Shown: positions 10,724-19,936, numbered from the stretch's first letter. The stretch is DNA of 64,000 nucleotides from Candidatus Parcubacteria bacterium (GCA_039795875.1 JBDKKY010000001.1:750-64749), one strand, 5' to 3'. The notes: generated from the letters alone by a model not told the origin. Translations and numbers: made by a program.

Positions 10724-10797
10724 GGCGCAGTGGCGAAGTGGCCCAACGCGGCAGTTTGCAAAACTGATATTCGCCGGTTCGACTCCGGCCTGCGCCT
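10724..10797 (+). tRNA. tRNA-Cys (GCA)
   Basis: GGCGCAG/CTGCGCC acceptor, anticodon loop TTGCAAA, T-arm GCCGG-TTCGACT-CCGGC. Confidence 0.8.
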
Positions 10798-10803
10798 CCC
10801 AAC

Positions 10804-10886
10804 GCCTTGGTGGTGGAATGGTAGACACGAGAGACTTAAAATCTCTTGGTAGCAATACCGTGCGGGTTCGAGTCCCGCCCTCGGCA
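10804..10886 (+). tRNA. tRNA-Leu (TAA), long variable arm
   Basis: GCCTTGGTGGTGGAATGGTAGACACG 5' half typical of tRNA-Leu, anticodon arm AGAGA-CTTAAAA-TCTCT, long variable arm, T-arm GCGGG-TTCGAGT-CCCGC. Confidence 0.8.
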
Positions 10887-10890
10887 CAAT

Positions 10891-10930
10891 AAACATAAAA
10901 GCATCCTTCGGGGTGCTTTTATGTTTATTG
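10891..10930 (+). terminator. intrinsic terminator after tRNA-Leu
   Basis: near-perfect hairpin AAACATAAAAGCATCC-TTCG-GGGTGCTTTTATGTTT with a TTCG tetraloop and U-rich tail. Confidence 0.75.
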
Positions 10931-11076
10931 CCAGAGGGACGGGACGAGAAAGCCGGAACCCTGTTGCCATGTCCCAACGGGACGGCAACAAGTGAGGCGG
11001 GGCTGCGCAAAAATTGCGCAGCAATTTTATGTGTAGCCGAGCCCCTCCCTAGCCTTGTAAGGGTCGAGTCCCACCA

Positions 11077-11105
11077 TTGACTCCTCGAACTACTAGTTAT
11101 ATAAT
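11077..11105 (+). promoter_or_regulatory. consensus sigma70 promoter TTGACT-17 nt-TATAAT
   Basis: exact -35 and -10 consensus with a 17-nt spacer, inside the GC-rich island. Confidence 0.5.
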
Positions 11106-11129
11106 ACCGATGGGCACGTGCCCCTACCT

Positions 11130-11276
11130 ATGAGACCCCTAACCGTCCTGTTCTTCCTCGCCCTTATCTGGACCGTCAACCGACACAACAACTCCAGCAA
11201 AAAGAGCCATCCGCCTACTGTAACCACCGAAACAGTAACGGCAGGAGCATCCATCCCCAACCCTGATCAGAAATAA
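11130..11276 (+). CDS. putative 48-aa single-TM peptide
   Basis: hand-translated MRPLTVLFFLALIWTVNRHNNSSKKSHPPTVTTETVTAGASIPNPDQK; downstream of the consensus promoter; GC-rich. Confidence 0.25.
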   Translation: MRPLTVLFFLALIWTVNRHNNSSKKSHPPTVTTETVTAGASIPNPDQK

Positions 11277-11472
11277 CACTGGTCAGAACCTTCCATCACC
11301 TGCAGCCTTGCTGCATGAGTGATTGGGAGGATTTTTTTTATTTGGGCCTTATTTTAAAAGATTATTTACCCTTTTAATCTCACTCGAGTCCTTGACTTTT
11401 ATACATATATATTATAGGATGATACACGAGCTTATTTGAAGGCTTTAAACCTTCCAGAACCATAAGCTCACC

Positions 11473-11739
11473 TTGAAAACGCAAAAAATGAACACCAACC
11501 GCATCGCAATTGGGCTTTGTCTGCTCGGAGCGATTGGCGTCCTTCATTGGGCCGCCACTCATCCAGCCGATAAAGCATCACCGGACACGGCCGTCACCAC
11601 GACATCTGCGCCCAAAAAAACCAAAACCCATAACCCGGGAGTCGTAGCGCAGCTGGAGGGTCACGCCTCCTTCAACCAAACTGCCCCCACAAAACTCGAA
11701 GTCAAACCCGAAATCACCATCCACCCCATCTCCCAGTAA
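11473..11739 (+). CDS. small secreted protein (signal peptide) in the GC-rich island
   Basis: 88 aa; N-terminal hydrophobic segment IAIGLCLLGAIGVL; about 58% GC. Confidence 0.45.
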   Translation: MKTQKMNTNRIAIGLCLLGAIGVLHWAATHPADKASPDTAVTTTSAPKKTKTHNPGVVAQLEGHASFNQTAPTKLEVKPEITIHPISQ

Positions 11740-11742
11740 AAC

Positions 11743-12949
11743 ATGAAAACCATCCTACACTTCTTCATCCTGCTCATCCTCATCACCACCAGCTTCGGCC
11801 AGGTCATCCCCGGCGCCGCACCACCGGTGCCGGCCGGGTTCCCTGCACAAATCCCAGCCTCCTTCGAGGAGGCATGGGACGCAGCGATCACCCGCTCCAC
11901 GACCTACCGTCGCCACATCGGCAGCAACCCTGGCGGTGAAGGTGAGCTGACAGTCATCGGTGGTGGTGCACAGAATCTCGTCGCCATCCTCACTACGCCA
12001 GGAACAATGGACACCATCGACAATGCGACAACGCTCGACAACGCGTACTTCCGGTTGGCCGACGAAAGGACAACCGTGTACGTCTCACGCACCATCACCG
12101 ATGGCGACGGGTTCAGTACGTTCGAATCGTACAGCTCGTTCCAGTTGGAAAAAATCGAGGGACCGGTCGTTATCGGACAGCCCGTCCTGTCACAGCCCAC
12201 GTATCGCATCCCGGAATGGGCCCGGGCAGTCGGATACAACCTGTCCTACTATACGCCTATCCCCTTGCCGGACAATGTGAACAATGCCGAGGTCATCACG
12301 TATGATCCAGAGCGCCCCTGGCACGTCGAAACACATGAGATGCCCATCATCCGGCACGGAGCCAAGACGTTCGTGATGATGGAAAATTGGATCTACGGAG
12401 ATCCAGAACTGCTGAAAAACTCAGTTCTGGTCATCCATACAGACACGGATCCTGTTCGCTACGACTTCGGAGATGGCGGACAGATCTCGAAGCGCCGGAC
12501 CTCTCCGGTTGGCATCGCACCGACTCGCGTCGAATGGAATGGCGGAAAAAAAAATCCGCATCCCTTACACGACCGGGGAACTGGCCCCAGTTGAAGAAAC
12601 TATCTTTCGCTACGGCGAAGAAGGTCAGTTCCTCGAAAACGTCGTGTATGACATCGCCATGACCAACGCGCCGGCAAACAGCTTCAAGATCTTGAGGTTT
12701 CGTGTGCTCGGTCAGTGGGGCAACGGCGGTGTAGCACCTACCGCGCTCCGCATCGTCACCCGCAACAGTGCAGGTGTGGTGGTCGAGAATGCCACGGAAC
12801 CGTTGAGTATCAACTCGGACCTCTGGTTCCGGGTCATCCTACGCAGTAGCGCATCATCCTGCCGCGTCTGGGCTATCTGGCCCGACGGCATCACAACCAC
12901 CAACGGCCAACAGTATGGCCGTCCGACCATGACGGAGAAAGGAAACTAA
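11743..12949 (+). pseudogene. secreted protein gene broken by a frameshift at an A9 tract (track ORFs 11743..12594 and 12473..12949)
   Basis: signal peptide MKTILHFFILLILITTSFG; frames join exactly at GGCGG-AAAAAAAAA-TCCGC (12546-12554); removing one A gives a continuous ~402-aa ORF (...VEWNGGKK|IRIPYTTGELAPVEE...). Confidence 0.5.
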
Positions 12950-12989
12950 CCCTCCGTCATATCCAACCCGAACTTTTAACCCCTAACCA

Positions 12990-13033
12990 CCCGCTCGCAC
13001 AGACCCAACTGTGCGCGCGGGATTTTTTATTTA
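12990..13033 (+). terminator. intrinsic terminator ending the GC-rich island
   Basis: CCCGCTCGCACAG-acccaa-CTGTGCGCGCGGG then ATTTTTTATTTA. Confidence 0.7.
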
Positions 13034-13036
13034 TAT

Positions 13037-13480
13037 TTACTCAAACACCACCAAAAACTCCACCCCCTCATGCCACATTACATTCCACGGATATGGGGTT
13101 ATAGTCTTACCCTCTCCCTTTCCTTCTCGTATCACTACCGCTTCTAGTCCTGGATCAGCGATGAAAGCCCTCTCGCCTAAAGCCACCGTCCTGGTTCCGT
13201 CAATCAGTTCCTTATGATCAATCTCAAATGACACCAACTCTTCAGCTGTCGCAGCTCGTGCAATCATATCATCATGCGCCAATCCATTTATACTTTTTAG
13301 TGCATCATCTGAAGTAATAGGCTTGTTTGGGCGCCACACATATCCTTTTTTCTTACCAATAACATGTGAGGAAAAATTCTTGGAATTTATTTCAGGCAAC
13401 ATTAACTCTACATCAAACCCAGCTTCTTTTATTTTCTCTTCAAATGAAGAATCGGTAACTTCAAAGTCGTATATTTGCAT
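13037..13480 (-). CDS. hypothetical protein (147 aa)
   Basis: intact ORF, baseline composition, no recognised motif. Confidence 0.5.
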   Translation of the reverse strand: MQIYDFEVTDSSFEEKIKEAGFDVELMLPEINSKNFSSHVIGKKKGYVWRPNKPITSDDALKSINGLAHDDMIARAATAEELVSFEIDHKELIDGTRTVALGERAFIADPGLEAVVIREGKGEGKTITPYPWNVMWHEGVEFLVVFE

Positions 13481-13487
13481 AAATCTA

Positions 13488-14651
13488 TTATAGCAATTTT
13501 TGATATACCTCCTCTATCCTATCCACCATGTGTCGCAAGGTAAACTTTTCTGGAAACGAAGATTTACTCAATGTCATCTTTCTGATCTTCTTAGCATTTA
13601 AAAAATCTATAATCTTTTCTGTTAAAAACTTGGCGGAACCTGGAGGCACCAACGGTGCAGCAGCGTATTGCTCGATCTCCGGGATACCACCAACCCGTGT
13701 AGCGATAAAGGGAACTTTAGCCAACATCATCTCAAGTAGGGCATATGGAAAACCTTCTTTAACAGACGGCATGACAAATAGATCAAACGCTTTGGCATAT
13801 CGATATGCATCAGGGATAGCTCCAACTAAAAAGAATATTGTTCCGAGATCCAATTCTTTGATCTGTTGTTCTAATTCTTGCCGCAATTCACCTTCACCAA
13901 TCACTACAAAGATAGTATTGTCCAGACCTTTGTATCGTCGTGCCAGATATGCTGCTTGTATCAGATGCGTCACACCTTTGGCCGAATACAGATTGGCCAC
14001 CAGTCCAATCATACGCACAGTCTGTGGCAAAGCGATTCCCATTTTTCTATATATCACTTCTCGAGCGTCGTTCCGCTCCAAAATCTTATCAACATTTTGC
14101 TCATTGATTCCATTGTAAATAACGGCACCTTTTTTCTTTGGAATAATGTGCATGTGCCGACCAACATCAAAATCGAATTTGGAAACGGTGATTGTAAAAT
14201 TTCTAAAGAAGCGTGAAATAAACTCTGACAGAATATAAAAATATCTTTTCAGTTTCGACATCGGTTCTGTGAAAACAAAACCATGAACTGTATAGACAAC
14301 CTTGGCCCCAGCTAATTTGGCAGCAACAGCGCAGACCGAACCAGCCTTAGAACTATGCAGATGTACAATCTCGGGACGAATCGATCTGACCAACTTAATT
14401 GTTTCTAAACCAGCTTTGATATCTCTCCAAAAACTAACAGAACGACTCAGATTTTTAATCATTCGCAATTGGTGGCCTTGAAAACCGTGAACTTTCAGTT
14501 CTCCAAATAGCCAAGCATCTTGCGGACCTTCTTGAATCCCAGTCGCCACATACGTTTGATGTCCTTTGCTTTGTAGACCAACAATAACATCACGCACATG
14601 GGCTTGAGCTCCTCCCCTTTCACCTTGAGTAATGATATGAAGAATTTTCAT
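13488..14651 (-). CDS. glycosyltransferase family 4 (GT-B fold)
   Basis: N-terminal MKILHIITQGERGGAQAHV and a C-terminal EGFPYALLEMMLAKVPFIATRVGGIPE motif typical of GT4/RfaB-like enzymes. Confidence 0.8.
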   Translation of the reverse strand: MKILHIITQGERGGAQAHVRDVIVGLQSKGHQTYVATGIQEGPQDAWLFGELKVHGFQGHQLRMIKNLSRSVSFWRDIKAGLETIKLVRSIRPEIVHLHSSKAGSVCAVAAKLAGAKVVYTVHGFVFTEPMSKLKRYFYILSEFISRFFRNFTITVSKFDFDVGRHMHIIPKKKGAVIYNGINEQNVDKILERNDAREVIYRKMGIALPQTVRMIGLVANLYSAKGVTHLIQAAYLARRYKGLDNTIFVVIGEGELRQELEQQIKELDLGTIFFLVGAIPDAYRYAKAFDLFVMPSVKEGFPYALLEMMLAKVPFIATRVGGIPEIEQYAAAPLVPPGSAKFLTEKIIDFLNAKKIRKMTLSKSSFPEKFTLRHMVDRIEEVYQKLL

Positions 14652-14668
14652 ACAGCGCTATGCCCAGA

Positions 14669-15451
14669 TTATACTATATCTTTGTCTATGTATAGCTCGA
14701 CAGCTGCTTGAAAATCTTTTGGAAGTGGCGACTCAAAGTTTCTCATCTTGCCTTTTAAGTCGACGAAGTTGATCATGTGTGCATGTAAAGCCTGGCGGCC
14801 AAACCCTAAAGCTTTTGGATGAGATGGTGCATACAGTGTATCGGCAACAATAACGTGATTCACAACTTTCATATGAACGCGGAGCTGATGCGTTCTACCT
14901 GTTCGCGGTCGGAGTGACATATATGAAAAACGTGGAGTGATAGCAACTTTGGGAAATTTCTTAGTTTCAAATTCTCCTAACACTTCATATTCGGTGACGG
15001 CATCTCGCATGTCACCACGAGCAAAACGTCCAGCTGAATATTGCCGAAAATCTGTTCGACTACGTCCAATAGGTGCATTAATAATTCCTTTCTTAGTCCC
15101 TTCTTTAAACCAGCCCCAAACAAAAGCTCGATATTCTTTTTGTACCAAGTGCTCTTGAAACTGAGTTTTAATATGATCAAAAAACTTTTTTGTTCGAGCG
15201 AAGATCATCACGCCTGACGTCTCAGCATCAAGTCTATGAACTACCCCTGGACGCTCCACAGTGATCAAGGTGCCACCCTTCTCTGTCAATTGCATAGGTT
15301 CACCGATCTTGGACAGATCAGGATACAACTTAACCAACTGCTCACACAGAGTCTCCTTATCACCAGACCCTGGCTTGCCATCAGGGTGCGTGACAACACC
15401 TGCCGGTTTGTCGACAATAATAAAATCTTTCTCTTCATGCAGGATTTTCAT
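14669..15451 (-). CDS. RluA-family pseudouridine synthase
   Basis: IIVDKPAGVVTHP and the catalytic HRLDAETSGVMIFA motif. Confidence 0.85.
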   Translation of the reverse strand: MKILHEEKDFIIVDKPAGVVTHPDGKPGSGDKETLCEQLVKLYPDLSKIGEPMQLTEKGGTLITVERPGVVHRLDAETSGVMIFARTKKFFDHIKTQFQEHLVQKEYRAFVWGWFKEGTKKGIINAPIGRSRTDFRQYSAGRFARGDMRDAVTEYEVLGEFETKKFPKVAITPRFSYMSLRPRTGRTHQLRVHMKVVNHVIVADTLYAPSHPKALGFGRQALHAHMINFVDLKGKMRNFESPLPKDFQAAVELYIDKDIV

Positions 15452-15501
15452 ACTATTGACTGTATCAGTATAACGTTACACAATCAAGCTCTACCGCTTT
15501 G

Positions 15502-16119
15502 TTATATCAATCTTTTTAACTGCTCCAACTCTTGCGCTAGCTTGTCTGAATCTTTCTTATAATTTTCAAAATTGCGCTTAGCGATCTCCATCTTTTCTCG
15601 AATACTGGTAACAAAAGCTGTTTTTTTGTCGGTGATCATTTTGGCCGTCTTACCATTCTGCTCTAGCCTAGAAATATCTTGAATCAGTCTCTGGTGTCTG
15701 TTTTTAAATGATAGCAAGTCCGCTTCCATCTGATGAATTTTCTTTTCCAAATCCTCAGCTTCTTTTTTGTGTGTCGGTAGGTCTTGTATAGCTCGCTTTT
15801 CTTCGGATTCAGCATGACCAACTTCTGTCTCATATCGAGTTAGCTCTGCGTGCAATCTCCTCTCCTCATTCTGAAAACGTTCTTGTGAGGCCAACAGCCC
15901 ATCATGTTCTCGCTTTTTACTATCATATTCCATTCGTGCACGCTCTTTATCTCTTCGCTCTTTTTCTTTTTTTAAATATTCCATCTCCATCCGCTGAGCA
16001 CCACCAGCATCATATGTACCACTATGAGAGGCACCACGAATTTCCTCAAGTTTGTTTTGAGTTATTCGATTTGTACTATTATTGTTTTGTCTTGACGGAG
16101 GGGTTGTAATGCCAAACAT
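15502..16119 (-). CDS. coiled-coil protein of unknown function
   Basis: 205 aa, highly charged heptad-like E/K/R-rich sequence. Confidence 0.5.
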   Translation of the reverse strand: MFGITTPPSRQNNNSTNRITQNKLEEIRGASHSGTYDAGGAQRMEMEYLKKEKERRDKERARMEYDSKKREHDGLLASQERFQNEERRLHAELTRYETEVGHAESEEKRAIQDLPTHKKEAEDLEKKIHQMEADLLSFKNRHQRLIQDISRLEQNGKTAKMITDKKTAFVTSIREKMEIAKRNFENYKKDSDKLAQELEQLKRLI

Positions 16120-16208
16120 GCAAATATTTTAGCACAAATCCATACTCAAGAAAAAAACAATGCTCAAGTTCGAGACATTGTTTTTTTCTTTCCGTGTGGA
16201 TTTCTCTA

Positions 16209-16281
16209 GAGCCGCCTCCCAGATTCGAACCGGGGACCTACTGTTTACAAAACAGTTGCTCTACCAACTGAGCTAAGGCGG
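16209..16281 (-). tRNA. tRNA-Thr (TGT)
   Basis: GCCGCCT acceptor, anticodon arm ACTGT-TTTGTAA-ACAGT, T-arm CCCGG-TTCGAAT-CTGGG. Confidence 0.85.
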
Positions 16282-16325
16282 CAAATGTAGAAAGACGATC
16301 TCTCGACCTCCCTACTATACACTAT

Positions 16326-16826
16326 CTACTTTCCTATTTCAAATCGTGCGAATCGCACCAATTCTACTTTCTCACCGAACTTTTGAATAGCCCCATCAAC
16401 TAGACCTTGAATTGTAATATCTCCATTTTTGATGAATGGCTGTGACATCAAAGCTTCTTCTGCAGATGCCCCAGCTGCTGTGGCCTCATCAGCTTTTAGA
16501 TAGGCTGGATTCATAGCGACAACGTGCATCGCAATGTCATTTGCAAGCGCCCGAAACTCTGGGTTGTTTGACACAAAGTCCGTTTCTGAAGCCAGTTGAA
16601 CCATGGCACCCATCAAACCATTTGAGTGAATGTATGATTGAATAACACCGGCACCCAATTCTCGATCAGCCTTTTTAGCAGCCTGCTCAGCACTTTTTTC
16701 TTTTAAAATAGCAAGCGCCTTCTCTCGATCCCCGTCCGCCTCTTCAAGCGCCTTCTTGCATTGCATGACTGAGATTCCGGTTTCTTCTCGCAAGGCTTTG
16801 ATTTGATCAGCTGTGATTGTACTCAT
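16326..16826 (-). CDS. tsf: elongation factor Ts (short form)
   Basis: N-terminal UBA-like IKALREETGISVMQCKKALEEADGD; rpsB-tsf synteny. Confidence 0.9.
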   Translation of the reverse strand: MSTITADQIKALREETGISVMQCKKALEEADGDREKALAILKEKSAEQAAKKADRELGAGVIQSYIHSNGLMGAMVQLASETDFVSNNPEFRALANDIAMHVVAMNPAYLKADEATAAGASAEEALMSQPFIKNGDITIQGLVDGAIQKFGEKVELVRFARFEIGK

Positions 16827-16879
16827 AATTTAATTGTGTGAATGTTAAAAAATTGATTAATGTAAATATTCTACACTAT

Positions 16880-17548
16880 TTAGGCAACCAATTGGTGTAG
16901 GATGAAATCTACTGATGATCGTGATGAATCATTGGCAAGGATAGGATACGTAATATTTGAAATCTTGCAGTCTGTGTTCGCAATGGCAATAACAGGAACT
17001 TTCATAGCGATAGCTTCGTCAACCGCAATAAATTCTTTCTTAGGATCCAACACAACAATAGCGGCCGGCATAGCTTTTAGATCTTTTACTCCTGAGAATA
17101 GCATCTGTAGCCGCTCAACTTCTTTGTCCATCAAAGATTGTTCTTTCTTTGTGTATTTTTTTAATTCTCCTTTGGCTTTCATATCGATAAGCTCAAGCAT
17201 TCGATCGATTCGTTTTCGGATGATCTCGAAGTTTGTAAGTAGACCTCCTACCCATCGGCCTGATACATACATCTGTCCTAGCTTCTCGGCGTATGTTTTT
17301 GCCAAGTCTTTGATTTCATTTTTACTAGCTACAAAAACAATAGGTTTGTTTTCAGCAATCAATGTTGCAAGAAATTCTTTAGCTGTAGCAATCTGTTTTG
17401 CAGTGACCTCGATATCAATGATATCCATGTTGCCTTTTGTACCATAAACATGCTTTGCAACTGAAGGGTTTCGTGAAGAACGTAGTGTTCCGTAGTGAAC
17501 TCCAGCCTCGAACATAGCTTGTGTGTCTGCTGTTTTTTGTTGTGTCAT
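16880..17548 (-). CDS. rpsB: 30S ribosomal protein S2
   Basis: MFEAGVHYGT, YVSGRWVGGLLTNF motifs; 222 aa. Confidence 0.92.
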   Translation of the reverse strand: MTQQKTADTQAMFEAGVHYGTLRSSRNPSVAKHVYGTKGNMDIIDIEVTAKQIATAKEFLATLIAENKPIVFVASKNEIKDLAKTYAEKLGQMYVSGRWVGGLLTNFEIIRKRIDRMLELIDMKAKGELKKYTKKEQSLMDKEVERLQMLFSGVKDLKAMPAAIVVLDPKKEFIAVDEAIAMKVPVIAIANTDCKISNITYPILANDSSRSSVDFILHQLVA

Positions 17549-17646
17549 ATAAGGTTTATGTATATCAAATTATAAGCCATAAATCAAGGGTTTTTTGGGT
17601 GGTTTCCGAGGGAGTGGCCGGGGTGGGTTTGGGGGTGTGATGGTAC

Positions 17647-17674
17647 TTGACTTTAGTTCTAGATATGGTATAAT
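17647..17674 (+). promoter_or_regulatory. consensus sigma70 promoter TTGACT-16 nt-TATAAT
   Basis: textbook hexamers upstream of the GC-rich small ORF. Confidence 0.5.
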
Positions 17675-17737
17675 ATACACATAAGACTCAATTAGGCACA
17701 GTGCCTATTTCTTAAAATCACCAACCTACCCACGTAC

Positions 17738-18145
17738 ATGAAACCAAAAACCAATAAAGCCTACAATGTTCCCCTATGGATCTGCATACTCATAGCAGGC
17801 ATCCTATTGGCCGTCTATTCCATGAACACCTCTTGGCTCGGCGAAGGCGGACCCATCGTCGCCTGTCTCGCTCTCAGCGGATCCCTTATGTCAATCCTCT
17901 TCTTGTTCTTCGAATGGGACCGTCGGCGTGAGCCACTACCTAATCCAGAAAAGTTCAGGTTTACTTGGAGGCAATTCTATATTGACACCCCCACCCTGCA
18001 CCGACGCGCGACCCCGCCGTTGAATGCAGCGGCGGGGTTTTTATTTTATATATTTTCTAATGGCGATCCTCATATTGCCTCAAGATCTCGGCTCCTCTCT
18101 GAAGCCAAACAGCCTTGCCGGCCAAATCAGTACCTATTTTTCTAG
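17738..18145 (+). CDS. small two-TM membrane protein in a GC-rich cassette; 3' end uncertain
   Basis: 135-aa ORF; hydrophobic segments LWICILIAGILLAVY and IVACLALSGSLMSILFLFF; the ORF reads through a strong terminator at 18012-18047, so its C-terminus is doubtful. Confidence 0.35.
   Translation: MKPKTNKAYNVPLWICILIAGILLAVYSMNTSWLGEGGPIVACLALSGSLMSILFLFFEWDRRREPLPNPEKFRFTWRQFYIDTPTLHRRATPPLNAAAGFLFYIFSNGDPHIASRSRLLSEAKQPCRPNQYLFF
18012..18047 (+). terminator. intrinsic terminator
   Basis: CCCCGCCG-ttgaatgcag-CGGCGGGG followed by TTTTTATTTT. Confidence 0.7.
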
Positions 18146-18593
18146 ATATCTCTACCAACATCTCAGCTCCTGCATGTTCTGTGGCCTCATCAGCAATCCT
18201 CATCAGGCACTCGGCAGATACTTTTATGGAACGAGCTAGAGCACCCCAAGAAGCTCCGTTGTCCAGTCGAACTCCTGCCACAGGCTTCTCATCGAGTGAA
18301 GAGAGTAAAGGCGCTAATTCATTTAGCGCCTGGGTAATTTCGAATATATCTTCAGAGGAAGTTATTTTTCTATCCAACCTCGTGGAGACATCACGAATAC
18401 GGGGAATATTTTCCGGTGATGTTAAATGAACCGTATAGTGTCCTTGTTCTCGAAGAGCAAGTGCGTGCGCTATTTCTATACATCTAATTTTTAATTTTAC
18501 ACACTCGCTGTGAATACTCTCAAGAGACTCTGGAGAAAATTCAACACCACCCCCAGATTCAACTGGAGTTGTTACATCAAAGCGTTCATACAT
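18057..18593 (-). CDS. hypothetical protein (178 aa)
   Basis: intact ORF, acidic, no recognised domain. Confidence 0.45.
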   Translation of the reverse strand: MYERFDVTTPVESGGGVEFSPESLESIHSECVKLKIRCIEIAHALALREQGHYTVHLTSPENIPRIRDVSTRLDRKITSSEDIFEITQALNELAPLLSSLDEKPVAGVRLDNGASWGALARSIKVSAECLMRIADEATEHAGAEMLVEISRKIGTDLAGKAVWLQRGAEILRQYEDRH

Positions 18594-18622
18594 ATCTATA
18601 TAGAATATCCTAAGCTGCGCGA

Positions 18623-19615
18623 TTAGTCACTATCTTCGTCATCCACAATTATTTCACCACCATTTTCAAAATACGTCACAACTTCATTTATCATCTTATC
18701 AATCTGACCTTGGAAAATAGTCTGGATACCATGCCATGATTGTTTAAGTCGATGATCTGTTACTCGATCTTGCAATACGTTATATGTTCGAATCTTTTCT
18801 GATCTATCTCCAGTTCCCAACTGAGACTTTTTCAAACCTGAAAACTTGGCCATGTCTTCCTCTTCTTTTTTAAGCGCAAGCTTGGCCTGCAAAATAGACA
18901 TAGCTTTTTCTCGGTTCTTCAGCTGACTTCGCTCCGATGTACAACGCACATCAATACCGGTTGGCTTGTGAATCAAACGCACAGCCGTTTCCACTTTGTT
19001 CACATTTTGTCCTCCAGCTCCACCTGATCGGGAGAATTCCATCTCTAGATCCGCCGGATTGATCTCAAACTTAACTCTTTTTCGGATCGGTAGTACTGCT
19101 ACAACCGCAGTTGACGTGTGCACTCGCCCTGACTTTTCTGTAGAAGGGATTCGCTGAATTCGATGTACACCGATCTCATATCTAAAAAATCTATACACTT
19201 CAAGACCACGGACCTCGAAGGCCGCCTCTTTATATCCACCGATACCGTTTTCAGAAATATCGACGGTCGAAAAGTTCCAACCTCTCTGCTCAGCCCAGAT
19301 CTTGTACATCTCTGACAGATCAGCCGCAAACAAGGCCGCTTCTTCTCCACCAACTCCGGCTCGGATCTCAAGCACGATCTCATTTGGATAGGCATCAGCA
19401 ACCTCTTCTTCTTTGACGATATCTTTGATCTTGGCCACAACTGCCTCCATCTGCTCATCAATGCCCTTCATGTCACCTTCGGCCATCTCTTTCATCTCAG
19501 GATCTTTCATCATGTCCAAAAGAGACTCCTTTTCTTTTTGGAGTCGCTCCAATTCGCCGACAAAAAAGCTTGTCTTAAAATCTTTCTTTAATTCTTCTAG
19601 GTTTAGATCTTCCAT
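18623..19615 (-). CDS. prfA: peptide chain release factor 1
   Basis: GGQ motif ([16 protein letters not shown]) and PST tripeptide (the PxT motif of RF1) in [14 protein letters not shown]. Confidence 0.85.
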   Translation of the reverse strand: MEDLNLEELKKDFKTSFFVGELERLQKEKESLLDMMKDPEMKEMAEGDMKGIDEQMEAVVAKIKDIVKEEEVADAYPNEIVLEIRAGVGGEEAALFAADLSEMYKIWAEQRGWNFSTVDISENGIGGYKEAAFEVRGLEVYRFFRYEIGVHRIQRIPSTEKSGRVHTSTAVVAVLPIRKRVKFEINPADLEMEFSRSGGAGGQNVNKVETAVRLIHKPTGIDVRCTSERSQLKNREKAMSILQAKLALKKEEEDMAKFSGLKKSQLGTGDRSEKIRTYNVLQDRVTDHRLKQSWHGIQTIFQGQIDKMINEVVTYFENGGEIIVDDEDSD

Positions 19616-19689
19616 GGTTTTGTTTGATTATATCATGCATATAACACAAAAGAGCCCTGTTATTGAGCTCTTTGTGGTGCGCGTAAGCG

Positions 19690-19920
19690 CTATTTACTCT
19701 TCTTAGCAACCTTCTTTGTTGTCGCAGCCTGTCGAGCCTTGAATTTCTCAACTCGTCCAGCAGTGTCAACGATCTTCTCATTTCCAGTATAAAATGGGTG
19801 GCACGCAGAGCAGATTTCTACGACGTTTTTCTCTCGGGTTGAGCCGATAGTATATGTGGCTCCACAAGCACAGGTAAAGCTTGCTGCAGGAAAATAGGTT
19901 GGATGTATCGATTTCTTCAT
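19690..19920 (-). CDS. rpmE: 50S ribosomal protein L31
   Basis: MKKSIHPTY..., CxxC...CxxCHPFYTG zinc-ribbon pattern. Confidence 0.9.
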   Translation of the reverse strand: MKKSIHPTYFPAASFTCACGATYTIGSTREKNVVEICSACHPFYTGNEKIVDTAGRVEKFKARQAATTKKVAKKSK

Positions 19921-19936
19921 AAGGCCCTATTATACA

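Noticed and set aside
10717-11024. Track ORFs 10673..10855(-), 10686..10892(+), 10717..11010(-) and 10836..11024(-) over the tRNA-Cys/tRNA-Leu region
   Set aside because: They translate tRNA sequence (AGLEPARY-type peptides from the T-arm) and the GC-rich structured element; they are not coding.
11380-11900. Minus-strand ORFs 11380..11562 and 11661..11900 in the GC-rich island
   Set aside because: They are antisense to the better-supported plus-strand signal-peptide genes and to the promoter region; GC-rich DNA generates long spurious ORFs.
12473-12545. N-terminal part (MADRSRSAGPLRL…) of track ORF 12473..12949
   Set aside because: This is an out-of-frame read-through of the upstream gene; only the portion after the A9 tract belongs to the real (frameshifted) protein.
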